DNA of 64,000 nucleotides from a virus. The DNA is taken from the IMG/VR virus record IMGVR_UViG_3300018876_000008, positions 105,338 to 169,337 of that record; one strand, written 5' to 3'. Numbering within the stretch: position 1 is the stretch's first letter; every line of letters starts with the position of its first letter. Shown here one piece after another: positions 27,482-37,680 of the stretch. Under the pieces are notes generated by a model, which saw only the letters and a list, made by a program, of their open reading frames with translations, was not told the DNA's origin and did not search any database. A program made the translations under genes and the position numbers.

Positions 27482-29107
27482 ATGAATCCTAAGTTAAAAG
27501 GTGGAGACAATATTGTTTTAATTTATATGAAAGACCCTTATTCCCCTATTGCAGGTGGAACTAAAGGAGTTGTTAATTATGTCACTAAAGACCCATTTGA
27601 TAAAAATGAGGAAATAATATCTGTTGATTGGGAGAATGGTAGAAGTCTTAATTTGGTTTCTTCAGAGGATATATGGATAAAGGCGGAGGATATTGATAAG
27701 CCAATAAATGAAAGTCTTGAAAAGTTGGTAAATAGATTAGATGATAATAATTTAAATCCTGAAGATTTTGAGGATTTAATTTCACAATTAGACGATATTA
27801 ATGTCACCGATTCTTTTTTAAGAAATTTAGATAGAAAGTTACTAAAGTCAGGAGATAAAAATGAAAATGTCAGGAAATACCTCAACAAATACTTGGACTC
27901 CCTCGGAAAAAGAGGAGAGGTTGAATCGGACCCATCGGATGATTTCGATGTTGAAGATGAATTTTTATATGGAGGAGTTGAACCAGAAAAATCGAAAATA
28001 GGTAGGAAACAATTTAAAAAAGAGTTACTACCACTTCAAGTAGAACTATTAAAATTACAGGAACACGTAAAGGATAGTAATATACCTGTGGCAATTGTTA
28101 TGGAAGGGAGAGACTCTGCCGGTAAGGGTTCCACAATACGTAAGATGACCGAATACTTAGACCCTAAATATTACAAAGTAGTCGCGTTGGGTATACCAAC
28201 AAAAGAAGAAAGAAAAAATTGGTTTAAGAGATATGAACAATATATTGAACCAGGTAAAATTACATTTTTTGACCGTAGTTGGTATAACAGAGGAATTGTT
28301 GAACCTGTTATGGGTTATGGTAGTGAGGAAGAATATTTTAACTTTATGAATAATGTTAATGACTTTGAACAGTCTTTAATTGACAGAGGAGTATTATTAT
28401 TCAAATTTTGGTTATCTATAACTTCTGATACTCAGAAGAGAAGGTTTGAACTTAGAAAAAATTCACCATTAAAGTATTGGAAATTCTCACCTAATGATGA
28501 AAAGTCTATTGATAAGTGGGATGACTATACGGAGTATAAAGAAAAAGTACTAACTCAAACTAAAGAAGCCCAACCGTGGACTGTGGTTGATACTAATGAT
28601 AAAAGAGTTGGTACACTTAACCTTTTAAGACATATATTAAAAAATGTAAACTATAAAGATAAGGATGAAAGTAACTTCGGTATGGGATTTCCTGAAGTTG
28701 TAACAACTGTAAATGAAAATAAAAACCCTGAATTAGACAGTCTAATAGCACTTAAAGATATTTTCAAATATTCTAATGAAAAAATATTTTTTGACTTCTT
28801 AAGTAAAATTAGAGAATCAGGAATTGTTAATATGTTTGAATCTGGTCAATTTTTATTCTCAGGTCCGCAATATTTAAAAAAGTTTTTAGAGTTCGAAGAA
28901 TTAAAAAGAGGGGAAGAATACGATGAAGATATGGTTGAGGAGTTATTAGACTTATCACAAAAAACACGAGACGAATTTATTAGAATGGCCATGAAAATGG
29001 TACAAGACGAAGGTAGTGAAGACTATTCTAATAGAAATTTAGAGACAAAAATAAGAGCCCTCACAAGGAAGGCTCTTTTGTACTACATACAAATGTTCGG
29101 GAGATAA
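27482..29107 (+). CDS. ppk2: polyphosphate kinase 2 fused to DUF4314-like (N) and DUF5049-like (C) domains
   Basis: EGRDSAGKG, FDRSWYNR, KYWKFSPND; N-terminal MKDPY...GTKGVV...VDWENGRSLNL; C-terminal IRESGIVNMF. Confidence 0.85.
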   Translation: MNPKLKGGDNIVLIYMKDPYSPIAGGTKGVVNYVTKDPFDKNEEIISVDWENGRSLNLVSSEDIWIKAEDIDKPINESLEKLVNRLDDNNLNPEDFEDLISQLDDINVTDSFLRNLDRKLLKSGDKNENVRKYLNKYLDSLGKRGEVESDPSDDFDVEDEFLYGGVEPEKSKIGRKQFKKELLPLQVELLKLQEHVKDSNIPVAIVMEGRDSAGKGSTIRKMTEYLDPKYYKVVALGIPTKEERKNWFKRYEQYIEPGKITFFDRSWYNRGIVEPVMGYGSEEEYFNFMNNVNDFEQSLIDRGVLLFKFWLSITSDTQKRRFELRKNSPLKYWKFSPNDEKSIDKWDDYTEYKEKVLTQTKEAQPWTVVDTNDKRVGTLNLLRHILKNVNYKDKDESNFGMGFPEVVTTVNENKNPELDSLIALKDIFKYSNEKIFFDFLSKIRESGIVNMFESGQFLFSGPQYLKKFLEFEELKRGEEYDEDMVEELLDLSQKTRDEFIRMAMKMVQDEGSEDYSNRNLETKIRALTRKALLYYIQMFGR

Positions 29108-29500
29108 TTAAATTGAATCTTTAATATTCAACTTACCGATGTTAACTTTCCACTTCTCAACACCATAAAGTACGAGTTCACGTGCGACTGATTTTTCGAT
29201 AAGACGCCGAATTTCTCGGTTTCGATAGATAGCACTTCGGAAATTCCTATCATCATCAATTCGACACAACCCATCCGAATCGGTTCTCCAACCCCAACCC
29301 TTCATTCTTCCTGAGATATTAACATTTACCTTAAGTGTACTACTATACTCACAATCTTTTTTAATGTGAGTAATTTTAAAATCAAGGTCATGAGAATCAT
29401 ACCTCCAAGTCGCAATCAGGTTTTTTGAGTTAAACGTTTTACGTTTAATCAAATCTCTAACTTTTTTATCATTTTGGTACTGTTCGATGAAGTTGGACAT
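29108..29500 (-). CDS. hypothetical protein
   Basis: TATATTTG promoter at 29523. Confidence 0.65.
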   Translation of the reverse strand: MSNFIEQYQNDKKVRDLIKRKTFNSKNLIATWRYDSHDLDFKITHIKKDCEYSSTLKVNVNISGRMKGWGWRTDSDGLCRIDDDRNFRSAIYRNREIRRLIEKSVARELVLYGVEKWKVNIGKLNIKDSI

Positions 29501-29541
29501 ATTTCCTTTGTTTTGTGTTATACAAATATAAGGATAAACTT

Positions 29542-29799
29542 TTAAACTGCCATAGATGTAGTCAAAAAAATAGGATTTCTTTCACCAAAATATCCACCAA
29601 CCATATTAAAATAATAATAGTCCACAGCTTCTTCTTCTGTCATATGACCAGTTTTAACTAGTTTTTGTATAATTCTTTGTTTTGAGTATGCGATACAGGT
29701 TTCATGTCCAAATGATTCACTTATACCTATAATACAATCATCAAAACCATCTAACACTATTGCCCCTTCCGCAATTTCATCAATATCTTCTCTATTCAT
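29542..29799 (-). CDS. conserved phage hypothetical protein
   Basis: LDGFDDCIIG...YS...EEAVDYYYFN..GGY.GE..P. Confidence 0.7.
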   Translation of the reverse strand: MNREDIDEIAEGAIVLDGFDDCIIGISESFGHETCIAYSKQRIIQKLVKTGHMTEEEAVDYYYFNMVGGYFGERNPIFLTTSMAV

Positions 29800-29885
29800 A
29801 ATTTTTATTTAAAATATAATTTATTCTACATACATAGTCAAATGAGAAATGATAATTACGGTATATTTATAGTAAAAACAAGATT

Positions 29886-30863
29886 ATGAGAAATTATATG
29901 ACTATATCAGACGAAGAAAAAAATTCAATACTTCAATCACATTCATCTTTTTATAATGGATATGCCACAGGTAATGTACCGACAAACGTACAACCTTTGA
30001 GAGTTGATAAGAGTATTAATGATAGTAACGGTATTACTGTTGATAACAAAGGAAATGTAAAAACATACAAAAACCATAAGATTAATGAATCTGTAATATC
30101 TGAACAAGAAGGTAAAGGATGTGCAGAATCTGAAGGTGGTTCAGGATGTATTAAGAAAAAAGATGGTGAATGGGTTATTATGAATAATAAAAAAGGTGGT
30201 ATTTTTAAAAAATGTTCATCTAAAAAAGATTGTGAAGAAATATTGGCAGGATATCACGCTAGTGTTAATGAAGTACAACATAATGGGCCTGAAGAAAGAG
30301 ACGAATTTGACGGTAGACCAGGGGAAGTTATTGGTGTTGATTCTAACATTAAAAAACAACGTAAAGAAATGGGTGAAATGGAAGCTAACGATATGGACGT
30401 ATCTGATGTTGATTCAGCTTATGATTTTGACTCAGGAGGTCCTGAACAATTTGATAGTTCTTACACAGACGACTCATACGGTTTAGATATTGATTCAATA
30501 ATGAAAATGTTTGGTACTGATATGTCACCCGCACAATATCATGATGAAGAAGATATGATGAATGGTAGTTTAGATGGTAAAGAAAAGTTTAACGATGAAG
30601 ATTCAGCTTATGAATTTGATTCACAAGGTGGAAATGCGGCAGTTTACTACGAAGAAGAACAATGTGAAGGATGTGGTGAAAAGTACGAAGAAGAAGTAAA
30701 AGAGAAAGAAGTATGTGAAGGTTGTGGAAGTGAAATGTATGAAGGAGAATGTGTAGAATGTGGTTCTTTATATGAAGAGATTGACGAGGAAATTCACGAA
30801 TCTTTTACACAAAATAGAAAAATGATAAAAGAAATGTTTAATAGAATAGGAAGATTTAATTAA
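29886..30863 (+). CDS. acidic putative head/internal protein
   Basis: ISDEEKNSIL N-terminus; DSAYxFDS repeat; CEGCG repeats; late motif at 29864. Confidence 0.6.
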   Translation: MRNYMTISDEEKNSILQSHSSFYNGYATGNVPTNVQPLRVDKSINDSNGITVDNKGNVKTYKNHKINESVISEQEGKGCAESEGGSGCIKKKDGEWVIMNNKKGGIFKKCSSKKDCEEILAGYHASVNEVQHNGPEERDEFDGRPGEVIGVDSNIKKQRKEMGEMEANDMDVSDVDSAYDFDSGGPEQFDSSYTDDSYGLDIDSIMKMFGTDMSPAQYHDEEDMMNGSLDGKEKFNDEDSAYEFDSQGGNAAVYYEEEQCEGCGEKYEEEVKEKEVCEGCGSEMYEGECVECGSLYEEIDEEIHESFTQNRKMIKEMFNRIGRFN

Positions 30864-30881
30864 ACAAAAGTATAACCAAAC

Positions 30882-30909
30882 AAAAAACCCATGTTATCAT
30901 GGGTTTTTT
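30882..30909. terminator. bidirectional intrinsic terminator
   Basis: AAAAAACCCATG-TTAT-CATGGGTTTTTT between convergent genes. Confidence 0.85.
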
Positions 30910-32585
30910 TATATATTCTTATATAGAATACCTTCCTCAACCAACCTTCGATTTTTTGGAAAATAATCCCAATCTAAAGTTACCATTTTTTCACCGTCAA
31001 ATAGGTAACCCTCATTAATCATTTTCTTTAGTTCATTTTCAGTTGTATGTGATAGTTCTTGATGTGCGAAATTTCTTAATTTATGTAAATTAAATTCCAC
31101 ATTACCAAACCAAGATAAATGCCAACCATTAATGTCATTTAAATGTGTTGACTGTTCATATCTTTGATTTCTAATTTCTTGAGGTGTTGTTGTTTTTAAA
31201 TATGACCATCTACTACAGGCGGGACCTGGCCATCTTAAATTCTTAAAGTCCCAATTAAAATTCCAATACATCCATCTCTGTAGTATTGTTCTAAAGGTTT
31301 TAAATTCTATGTGATTATTCTTTAGTCTATGTAAGATATCATCATCCCATATTTCATCGACATCTGATATGAGTACTATATCATTATCGTGAGGGTTAAT
31401 TTTTTCTAAGACAGTTTTAATACTATTTCTATGATAGTTTTCTCTAAACCAATTTATCCTGTCATCTTCATTTTTTGGTTCAGGATTGGGCTCGTACAGT
31501 ACTTCATTTGGTAAATCAACAACAACATGTTCTATTTTATGTAAAAATTTATCAAATAAATGTCTATTTTTTTGAAATATTAGTTCTTTATCTTTTCCTG
31601 TATGTGTATTTCTTGACTCAATTAATACAAAACGGTCAACATGATGATTCATTTCATGTAGTCTTAAATTTAACATATCTAATTCATGGTCAAATAAAAA
31701 ACAGTCGTATATCATTGATGATTTATTTCTAATTCCTAAACCTGATATTCTATCCCATACTTTAGGTTTATCATAACCTTCATAATCTGCTATTTTTAAT
31801 TTACCTGTAACTCCATTCTTATCTAATCCATTTGATGCGTACCCATCATTTATTAAACTAATTATATTGTCATTACTCTTCCAAAAATCAGTTGCAATTT
31901 CACTATGTGCGAAAGAATAAACTTTATCACGAATAAAATCAAAATCACCAAACCAAGAAAAGTGGTATCCTCCATTGTCTTTTATATAAAATTCAGTTGA
32001 TTTCTCATCCCACCTTTTATCTCTAATAGTTTGAAAAATCCTATTATCATTTATGTAATGAGAATAGTAAAAAGCGGAGCTACCCATCCAATGATGCATT
32101 TTTTCTAACGAACTATTCCATACCAACCATTTTTGTTTAAAAATAACAGGAGAAAATGGTAAGTTACGATTCAGTTCATCAATGTTATCTAAGTTAGGAA
32201 ATTCGTCAACATCTGATACTATAATAATATCGTCAAAATTTAAATCTAATGTTTTTAAAGCTTTACCGATAGATAATCTTTGGTGGTTTTCTCTAACCCA
32301 ATTCATTGTCCTTAAATCGGGTACCTTAACTAATTTAGTTATCTCTTCTTGAGATAAATTATTTGGCATATCATCAACAACACATATGTGTATTTTATCA
32401 AACCATTTTTTAAATCTATCAATATTATTACTAAAAAACAGTTCTTTTTTTACACCAGTAAATGTTTTAGTTGATTCCACAATCACAAACTTATCTACTT
32501 GTTCATAGTACTCTTCAAGTCTAAGTTCTAACAAATCTAACTCATTAAAAAAAAGTACAGTATCTATTATTTTTTGTTTAATCAT
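30909..32585 (-). CDS. tandem double-domain GT17-like glycosyltransferase
   Basis: Two copies of D..LF..ELD.L.LRL.E...VD.FV..ES..T.TG, SDVDE and G[YW]H[FL]SWFG. Confidence 0.85.
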   Translation of the reverse strand: MIKQKIIDTVLFFNELDLLELRLEEYYEQVDKFVIVESTKTFTGVKKELFFSNNIDRFKKWFDKIHICVVDDMPNNLSQEEITKLVKVPDLRTMNWVRENHQRLSIGKALKTLDLNFDDIIIVSDVDEFPNLDNIDELNRNLPFSPVIFKQKWLVWNSSLEKMHHWMGSSAFYYSHYINDNRIFQTIRDKRWDEKSTEFYIKDNGGYHFSWFGDFDFIRDKVYSFAHSEIATDFWKSNDNIISLINDGYASNGLDKNGVTGKLKIADYEGYDKPKVWDRISGLGIRNKSSMIYDCFLFDHELDMLNLRLHEMNHHVDRFVLIESRNTHTGKDKELIFQKNRHLFDKFLHKIEHVVVDLPNEVLYEPNPEPKNEDDRINWFRENYHRNSIKTVLEKINPHDNDIVLISDVDEIWDDDILHRLKNNHIEFKTFRTILQRWMYWNFNWDFKNLRWPGPACSRWSYLKTTTPQEIRNQRYEQSTHLNDINGWHLSWFGNVEFNLHKLRNFAHQELSHTTENELKKMINEGYLFDGEKMVTLDWDYFPKNRRLVEEGILYKNI

Positions 32586-32772
32586 CTAAACTAAGTTCGT
32601 AATATAGTTTATTATATTTTCTAAGAAGTATCTCATATCCACAGTAGTCACCACTTAATTTATAATAAAGTTTAATATAGTTTAAAGAGTTATTTAGTTG
32701 TAATATGTCATTACATGACATTAATACTGATTCCGCTCGAAAATAATAATTTGTTATGTTGATATCTTTCAT
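32578..32772 (-). CDS. hypothetical protein
   Basis: TATATTTG promoter at 32796. Confidence 0.55.
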   Translation of the reverse strand: MKDINITNYYFRAESVLMSCNDILQLNNSLNYIKLYYKLSGDYCGYEILLRKYNKLYYELSLDD

Positions 32773-32824
32773 ATGTTTATTACTTTTATATTCTACAAAT
32801 ATAATAAAAAAAACCTAAAAGAAT

Positions 32825-33406
32825 ATGTCTGAAATTGAAATACCATCATCTTTAAAAGAATCTAAAGTAGATATGTTAAATTACTATTACTTTACTGATG
32901 TTTTTACATCTGAAGAAATCAACGAAATAATAAATTTATGTGAAGATTTAAAATTAAATGATGTTATTGAGGAGGATAGTTTACGTAGAAGTAAAGTAGG
33001 GTATTTATCACCACAAGAAGAAACATTGTGGATTTACGAAAAAATATTTTTATTATCAGAAACCGCGAACGAGGAAATGGGTTGGGATTTTCAGATTGAC
33101 GGAATATATGATGATATAGAATACTCAATTTATGAAAATGGTTCAGGTCAGTACATATGGTATGCCGACATTAATAGTTCCCCTAATAATAAATTACATA
33201 TAACTATAAATCTTTCGACAGATAAAGAGTACAGTGGTGGTGAGTTAGAATTTAATCTCGGTGGTGATGAGTCCTTAGTGAATCCTTCTAGTGAGGTGGG
33301 AAGTATGGTTGTAGTACCATCATATATATTAGGTAGAACTACACCAATATTATCAGGAGTAAAAAGAACATTAAAATTATCAATATCAGGAATTAAATTT
33401 AGATAA
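32825..33406 (+). CDS. 2OG-Fe(II) oxygenase fold (PKHD-like), metal ligands degenerate
   Basis: RRSKV, YSGGEL, TPILSGVKRTL; HxD appears as YAD and the distal His as G. Confidence 0.7.
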   Translation: MSEIEIPSSLKESKVDMLNYYYFTDVFTSEEINEIINLCEDLKLNDVIEEDSLRRSKVGYLSPQEETLWIYEKIFLLSETANEEMGWDFQIDGIYDDIEYSIYENGSGQYIWYADINSSPNNKLHITINLSTDKEYSGGELEFNLGGDESLVNPSSEVGSMVVVPSYILGRTTPILSGVKRTLKLSISGIKFR

Positions 33407-33798
33407 TGACACACATTATAAACGAAGATAATTTAACAGAATATATTTTAAAATATGATAGAATCATATGGTTTATGTTTTTTGATGGTCAAGATAACCG
33501 TTCACTCTCTATAAAACCAAATTCTGATTTACTAAATGAAGTACTCACAGAATTTCCTGACGTTACGTTTTTTGAAACAAATTTAACTCATAATCCTAAA
33601 ATAATAGAACATTTTAAATTAACCGATAAATTTATATGGGATTATAATGAGAATAGGTTTAACCCTAGAATAATAACAGTAAAAGATGGTAAAAAAATAT
33701 ATGACCAATCAGGTACGGAATGTTATTGTTTAGAAACTTTATTAAAAATGATTTTTGATTTACATCCTGAATTAATTCCTGTACCACCCAGTGAGTGA
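33406..33798 (+). CDS. thioredoxin-like fold protein lacking CxxC
   Basis: Trx-like pattern (EFPDVTFFE...NPRIITVKDGK). Confidence 0.45.
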   Translation: MTHIINEDNLTEYILKYDRIIWFMFFDGQDNRSLSIKPNSDLLNEVLTEFPDVTFFETNLTHNPKIIEHFKLTDKFIWDYNENRFNPRIITVKDGKKIYDQSGTECYCLETLLKMIFDLHPELIPVPPSE

Positions 33799-34488
33799 TA
33801 ACCTAATTTCAGGTGTTCCGGGGTTAACGTGAGATACGTAATGTAATTTACCTTTATCTTCAGGTAGTAAAAATAACGTTAAACTATTAAATGTCGGTAC
33901 TTCAATATTTTCAACAACATTACCATCATCATTAAGAAAATGTAATAACCCTCCATACTCAGGTTTCCAATCTTTTGTTAATTGTAATACAAATCCTACA
34001 ATACCATTAGGACTATCTTGATGTGGAGATAAAAAATCACCAGGAACGTAACAAGCCGCAAATACTTCATTAGAACCTGTTATTTTTAAATCGGTGACTT
34101 TGGAAACCAAATCGTGAGATTCTTTATCGTTTAAATAATTTCTAATTTGACACTCTGTACAGTCACAATCATCGTAGTGATTATCTAATGTTCTATGAAA
34201 AGAATAGGAAAATTCATTATTACCAAAAGATTCGGTAGAGAACTGTCTGGCTCTTTCTATATTACTATATTCTTGAGGTGTATTTCTAAAATAACTAACA
34301 CCGTCAATATTTTCTGAAGGATAAGTTGCGACAGACCACCAATCACTTGGCATCTCATAACTAAAAAAGTTATGTAAATTTTCAGCTACATCTTCTTTTA
34401 AGTAATTATCAATAACAACATAACCTTTTTCTTTAAAGGTTTCATTAAGTTTAGTTAAATCTAAATTAGGGTTAATTAAATCTTTCAT
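33772..34488 (-). CDS. 2OG-Fe(II) oxygenase (prolyl-hydroxylase-like)
   Basis: LSPHQD, W.PEYGGLL, LHYVSHV, RLSLTGW. Confidence 0.85.
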   Translation of the reverse strand: MKDLINPNLDLTKLNETFKEKGYVVIDNYLKEDVAENLHNFFSYEMPSDWWSVATYPSENIDGVSYFRNTPQEYSNIERARQFSTESFGNNEFSYSFHRTLDNHYDDCDCTECQIRNYLNDKESHDLVSKVTDLKITGSNEVFAACYVPGDFLSPHQDSPNGIVGFVLQLTKDWKPEYGGLLHFLNDDGNVVENIEVPTFNSLTLFLLPEDKGKLHYVSHVNPGTPEIRLSLTGWYRN

Positions 34489-34510
34489 ATGTTATATATT
34501 AATAAAATGT

Positions 34511-35089
34511 TTAATAATCTGTAGTAAAAAAGAAAACTTGGAACAACCTACCGTCATACATATCTTGACCAAAATAGTCCATAGATACATGATAGTTATC
34601 TGACCTATACATCACCAAACGATTAAATTTATTACCTAAACGGTCAACTAACTCCCATTTAGTATAATCTCTGGGTTCAATCATATGAGGAGCTTTGAGA
34701 GTCTCTTCTTCACTGTGTAAATTATTATCCCACCCACAAAGACCTGTTTCTTTATGTTTATATAAACCAGTTCCCGAACTTACAGGTGCGTCAGGAGTTA
34801 AATATAAAACTGCTGCCCAACCTGTAGTACTGTCAGAATGAATCCATGACCTATCATAAGCTGTAGTGTATTGGTAAGAACCTGAATAATCTCCACCCCA
34901 ATGTGTTACCTCACCGGCAAAAGGTCTAATTATTTCTTGAATAGACTTTTTTAAGTCATCAGTTAAAAAAGATACTGTACGGTGACCAGGATAATTACCG
35001 TCCACATTGAAATCTTGAGAAAGAGCGAACTCTCTCACTTCTTCAGGGTTACGATAAAAGTCATCAATTATTAAAGTGTTAACTCTCAT
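34511..35089 (-). CDS. 2OG-Fe(II) oxygenase-like (DUF6445-like)
   Basis: IIDDFY.NP..VR, YPG.R, WIHSD, YLTP, NRLVMY..YH. Confidence 0.75.
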   Translation of the reverse strand: MRVNTLIIDDFYRNPEEVREFALSQDFNVDGNYPGHRTVSFLTDDLKKSIQEIIRPFAGEVTHWGGDYSGSYQYTTAYDRSWIHSDSTTGWAAVLYLTPDAPVSSGTGLYKHKETGLCGWDNNLHSEEETLKAPHMIEPRDYTKWELVDRLGNKFNRLVMYRSDNYHVSMDYFGQDMYDGRLFQVFFFTTDY

Positions 35090-35090
35090 A

Positions 35091-35408
35091 TTATTCTTCT
35101 GTTAATTTTGGATAATCTTTATCTGAAAAGTAATCATAAATAAAATCTAGTAAATCACTACTCTCTAAATAATCTTCAATATATTCATCGGCACTTATAA
35201 CCCAATCTTTAGTGTAGTGACTTTCGGTGGCGTAGTCCCACTCATCGCTAAACATTTCTAAATGGCCACCATTTTCTAAATATTCGTGAAAAACATCTTC
35301 ACAAATTTCTAAATCTCTGTATCCTTCTTCATTATTAACGGAAAAACTAATACTTAATTCACCGTTAAAAAAGATATAATCAAGTATCTCTATTTGGTCT
35401 TTACTCAT
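35091..35408 (-). CDS. acidic hypothetical protein
   Basis: 105-aa ORF. Confidence 0.6.
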   Translation of the reverse strand: MSKDQIEILDYIFFNGELSISFSVNNEEGYRDLEICEDVFHEYLENGGHLEMFSDEWDYATESHYTKDWVISADEYIEDYLESSDLLDFIYDYFSDKDYPKLTEE

Positions 35409-35455
35409 TTTTTAGATATTTGTATATAAAATAAAACATTTATTTAATTAAGGAA

Positions 35456-35761
35456 ATGGAAATTAGAGAAATAATATCCTCATATATAAACAAAGATAGT
35501 AACATTTTAAGGGTTGAGTTCCAAATGTTAGAGGACGAAGGTACTAGAACCGATGTAATCGAATATGAATATATTGTGGAGTTCGGTTATGATACTGAAA
35601 GTACTATGGATGTGTTTGAGGATTATGATACAGATTATGATGAATGGGAAACTTGGGATGACGATGGTGAGGTCTTTATTGATGACGAAACACTTATTTT
35701 ATTTTTAAATGAATATTATGTTGTTTTTCCTGATAGAATTCCTGACGAAGAATACAATTAA
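35456..35761 (+). CDS. acidic hypothetical protein
   Basis: 101-aa ORF; resembles the divergent neighbour in size and pattern. Confidence 0.65.
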   Translation: MEIREIISSYINKDSNILRVEFQMLEDEGTRTDVIEYEYIVEFGYDTESTMDVFEDYDTDYDEWETWDDDGEVFIDDETLILFLNEYYVVFPDRIPDEEYN

Positions 35762-35775
35762 GACTATTTATTGAT

Positions 35776-36285
35776 ATGTCAGGTATGATTCCACAAAATA
35801 ATAATAATAGTGAAGAAAACGAAAAAGTTTACTCACCTATGGTTAGGTTAATGACCCAACTATTAGGTAAGATATTTTTAACTAAACCCGTATTCTTCGG
35901 TATCGATGAGCAAAAAATAACTGTTGTAGTTAGTCCAAGCTTAAAGGTATTTGGTATCTACGCTTCACCTAATAGACTTATGAAAAAGTTTCCGTTTGAG
36001 GAAAAGAAAATATTAAGTCTTAGAGAGTTAAAGAGATGGGCGGAAGAAAATGATTTTGAAATATCATTTACTGCAGAAACGGGAAAACTTAAAAGAGACT
36101 TACTTATGGGATTAGGTGATGTTATGGTCGAATCTAAGAAACCTAAAGAAAGAGAACTTAACGTTGTGGTAATGGAAGAATTGAACAAATCTAAATTACC
36201 TGAGTCTATTAAAGAGTGGGCTAAAGACAATCCTGAAAAATTTATAAAGAATATAAGACACGTTCAAAACTTACTTAAAAAATAA
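35776..36285 (+). CDS. hypothetical protein
   Basis: Late motif at 35765. Confidence 0.7.
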   Translation: MSGMIPQNNNNSEENEKVYSPMVRLMTQLLGKIFLTKPVFFGIDEQKITVVVSPSLKVFGIYASPNRLMKKFPFEEKKILSLRELKRWAEENDFEISFTAETGKLKRDLLMGLGDVMVESKKPKERELNVVVMEELNKSKLPESIKEWAKDNPEKFIKNIRHVQNLLKK

Positions 36286-36310
36286 AAAGTGGTCGATTGA
36301 CCACTTTTTT
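36284..36310. terminator. bidirectional intrinsic terminator
   Basis: AAAAAGTGGTC-GATT-GACCACTTTTT. Confidence 0.85.
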
Positions 36311-36318
36311 AGTATATA

Positions 36319-36885
36319 TTAAAGTCTATGTAAGGTGATTTCTAAATGCGATACAATCGCCTTATCATATTGATTATTATTAACCATTATGTTTGTATAA
36401 AATGTTTGAGAAGTTAATTTCAAAACATTAGATGGCATCGCTCCATAAGTGTCAATTGAAAATGTATACCTATTATCATTACCTCCGATGTACATTACTG
36501 TAGATTCGGTACAGTAAGTACAAGGAAAATCAACTGTAGTAGTTTGGTCACCTAAACTATCTGTAATTCTGAGACTACCGTAATCAAACTCCCATTGAGT
36601 ATAATCAATATCAAATCGTCTTTTGATATCGGTACCTTCAAAATTTTGAGTGAGCAATAGGTTACCACTTGAATCTTGTCCTGTAACTACAAATGCCGAT
36701 ACGGATGCTTGGTCTTCAGACAGTACCTCGATTTCACTATCATAGTTAACCTCATCGATTACAACATTAATATCTACAACATCCCACCATCCATTAAGGT
36801 TAAGTTGAGGGTCACTAGTTAGTTCGTATTTCTCACATCCAACGAGAATTAGGGCTAAAGATAAAAGGTATAGTATATTTTTCAT
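36319..36885 (-). CDS. lipoprotein (lipocalin-like)
   Basis: LVGC lipobox; LNGWW motif typical of Bacteroidota lipocalin-like lipoproteins. Confidence 0.65.
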   Translation of the reverse strand: MKNILYLLSLALILVGCEKYELTSDPQLNLNGWWDVVDINVVIDEVNYDSEIEVLSEDQASVSAFVVTGQDSSGNLLLTQNFEGTDIKRRFDIDYTQWEFDYGSLRITDSLGDQTTTVDFPCTYCTESTVMYIGGNDNRYTFSIDTYGAMPSNVLKLTSQTFYTNIMVNNNQYDKAIVSHLEITLHRL

Positions 36886-36975
36886 AATGTTTATGTATTT
36901 TATTTAGTACAAATATAAGCCTTTTTATTTAACCACAAAAGAAAGATAATGCTTTTTTATAATATTTATTGAATT

Positions 36976-37656
36976 ATGGGTCAGTTAATAAACGAAATAT
37001 CACGTATTAAAGGAATAATGGGTCTTATTAATGAGGGAGAGTCACAGTTTGATTCTTCTGAAAAAAAGACTATTGATGACTTTGTAGACTTTGTTAAAAA
37101 AGAACTTAAAATCGATAATGATGTTGAAATAAAACTTCAAAACGATAAAGATGGAATAAAGACAACTGCGGTATACAAATACGAAGATGGTGACGATAAA
37201 GAAATAGAAAACTCAGAAATAAGAGTATTCACTTTAGGGAGAGCATTAGTTGATGTACTTCGTTCAATTGCACATGAGTTAGTACACCATAAACAAAATG
37301 AAGATGGTGACCTTGAGGGAAAACATTCTAATGTTGGTGGACCTATTGAGGATGAAGCAAATTCAGTTGCTGGTGAGATGATTAAAAAGTATGGGATAAA
37401 AGACCCTGAAATTTATGGTGACGACAATAAAGAAGAAATGGGTGAACAAGAAGATGGAGGGGGAACTGGAGGTGATTCAGATTCTGCTAACTCAACAGTT
37501 ACCACATGGGAAACGGGATTAACAAGAGGACCTGCAAATACCTTAACAATAAGTGTATGGAACACAGGTGTTAACAGAGGTAAAGCCAATCATATTGATT
37601 CTACAGGTACGTGGGAGTCAGGATTATCAAGAGGTAAGGCAAATCCTCTTAACTAA
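36976..37656 (+). CDS. HExxH zincin-like protein with C-terminal WxxGxxRGxAN repeats
   Basis: SIAHELVHHKQ..IEDEANS; N-terminal INEISRIKGIMGLINE. Confidence 0.65.
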   Translation: MGQLINEISRIKGIMGLINEGESQFDSSEKKTIDDFVDFVKKELKIDNDVEIKLQNDKDGIKTTAVYKYEDGDDKEIENSEIRVFTLGRALVDVLRSIAHELVHHKQNEDGDLEGKHSNVGGPIEDEANSVAGEMIKKYGIKDPEIYGDDNKEEMGEQEDGGGTGGDSDSANSTVTTWETGLTRGPANTLTISVWNTGVNRGKANHIDSTGTWESGLSRGKANPLN

Positions 37657-37680
37657 CATATTTATATATAAAACCTACAA

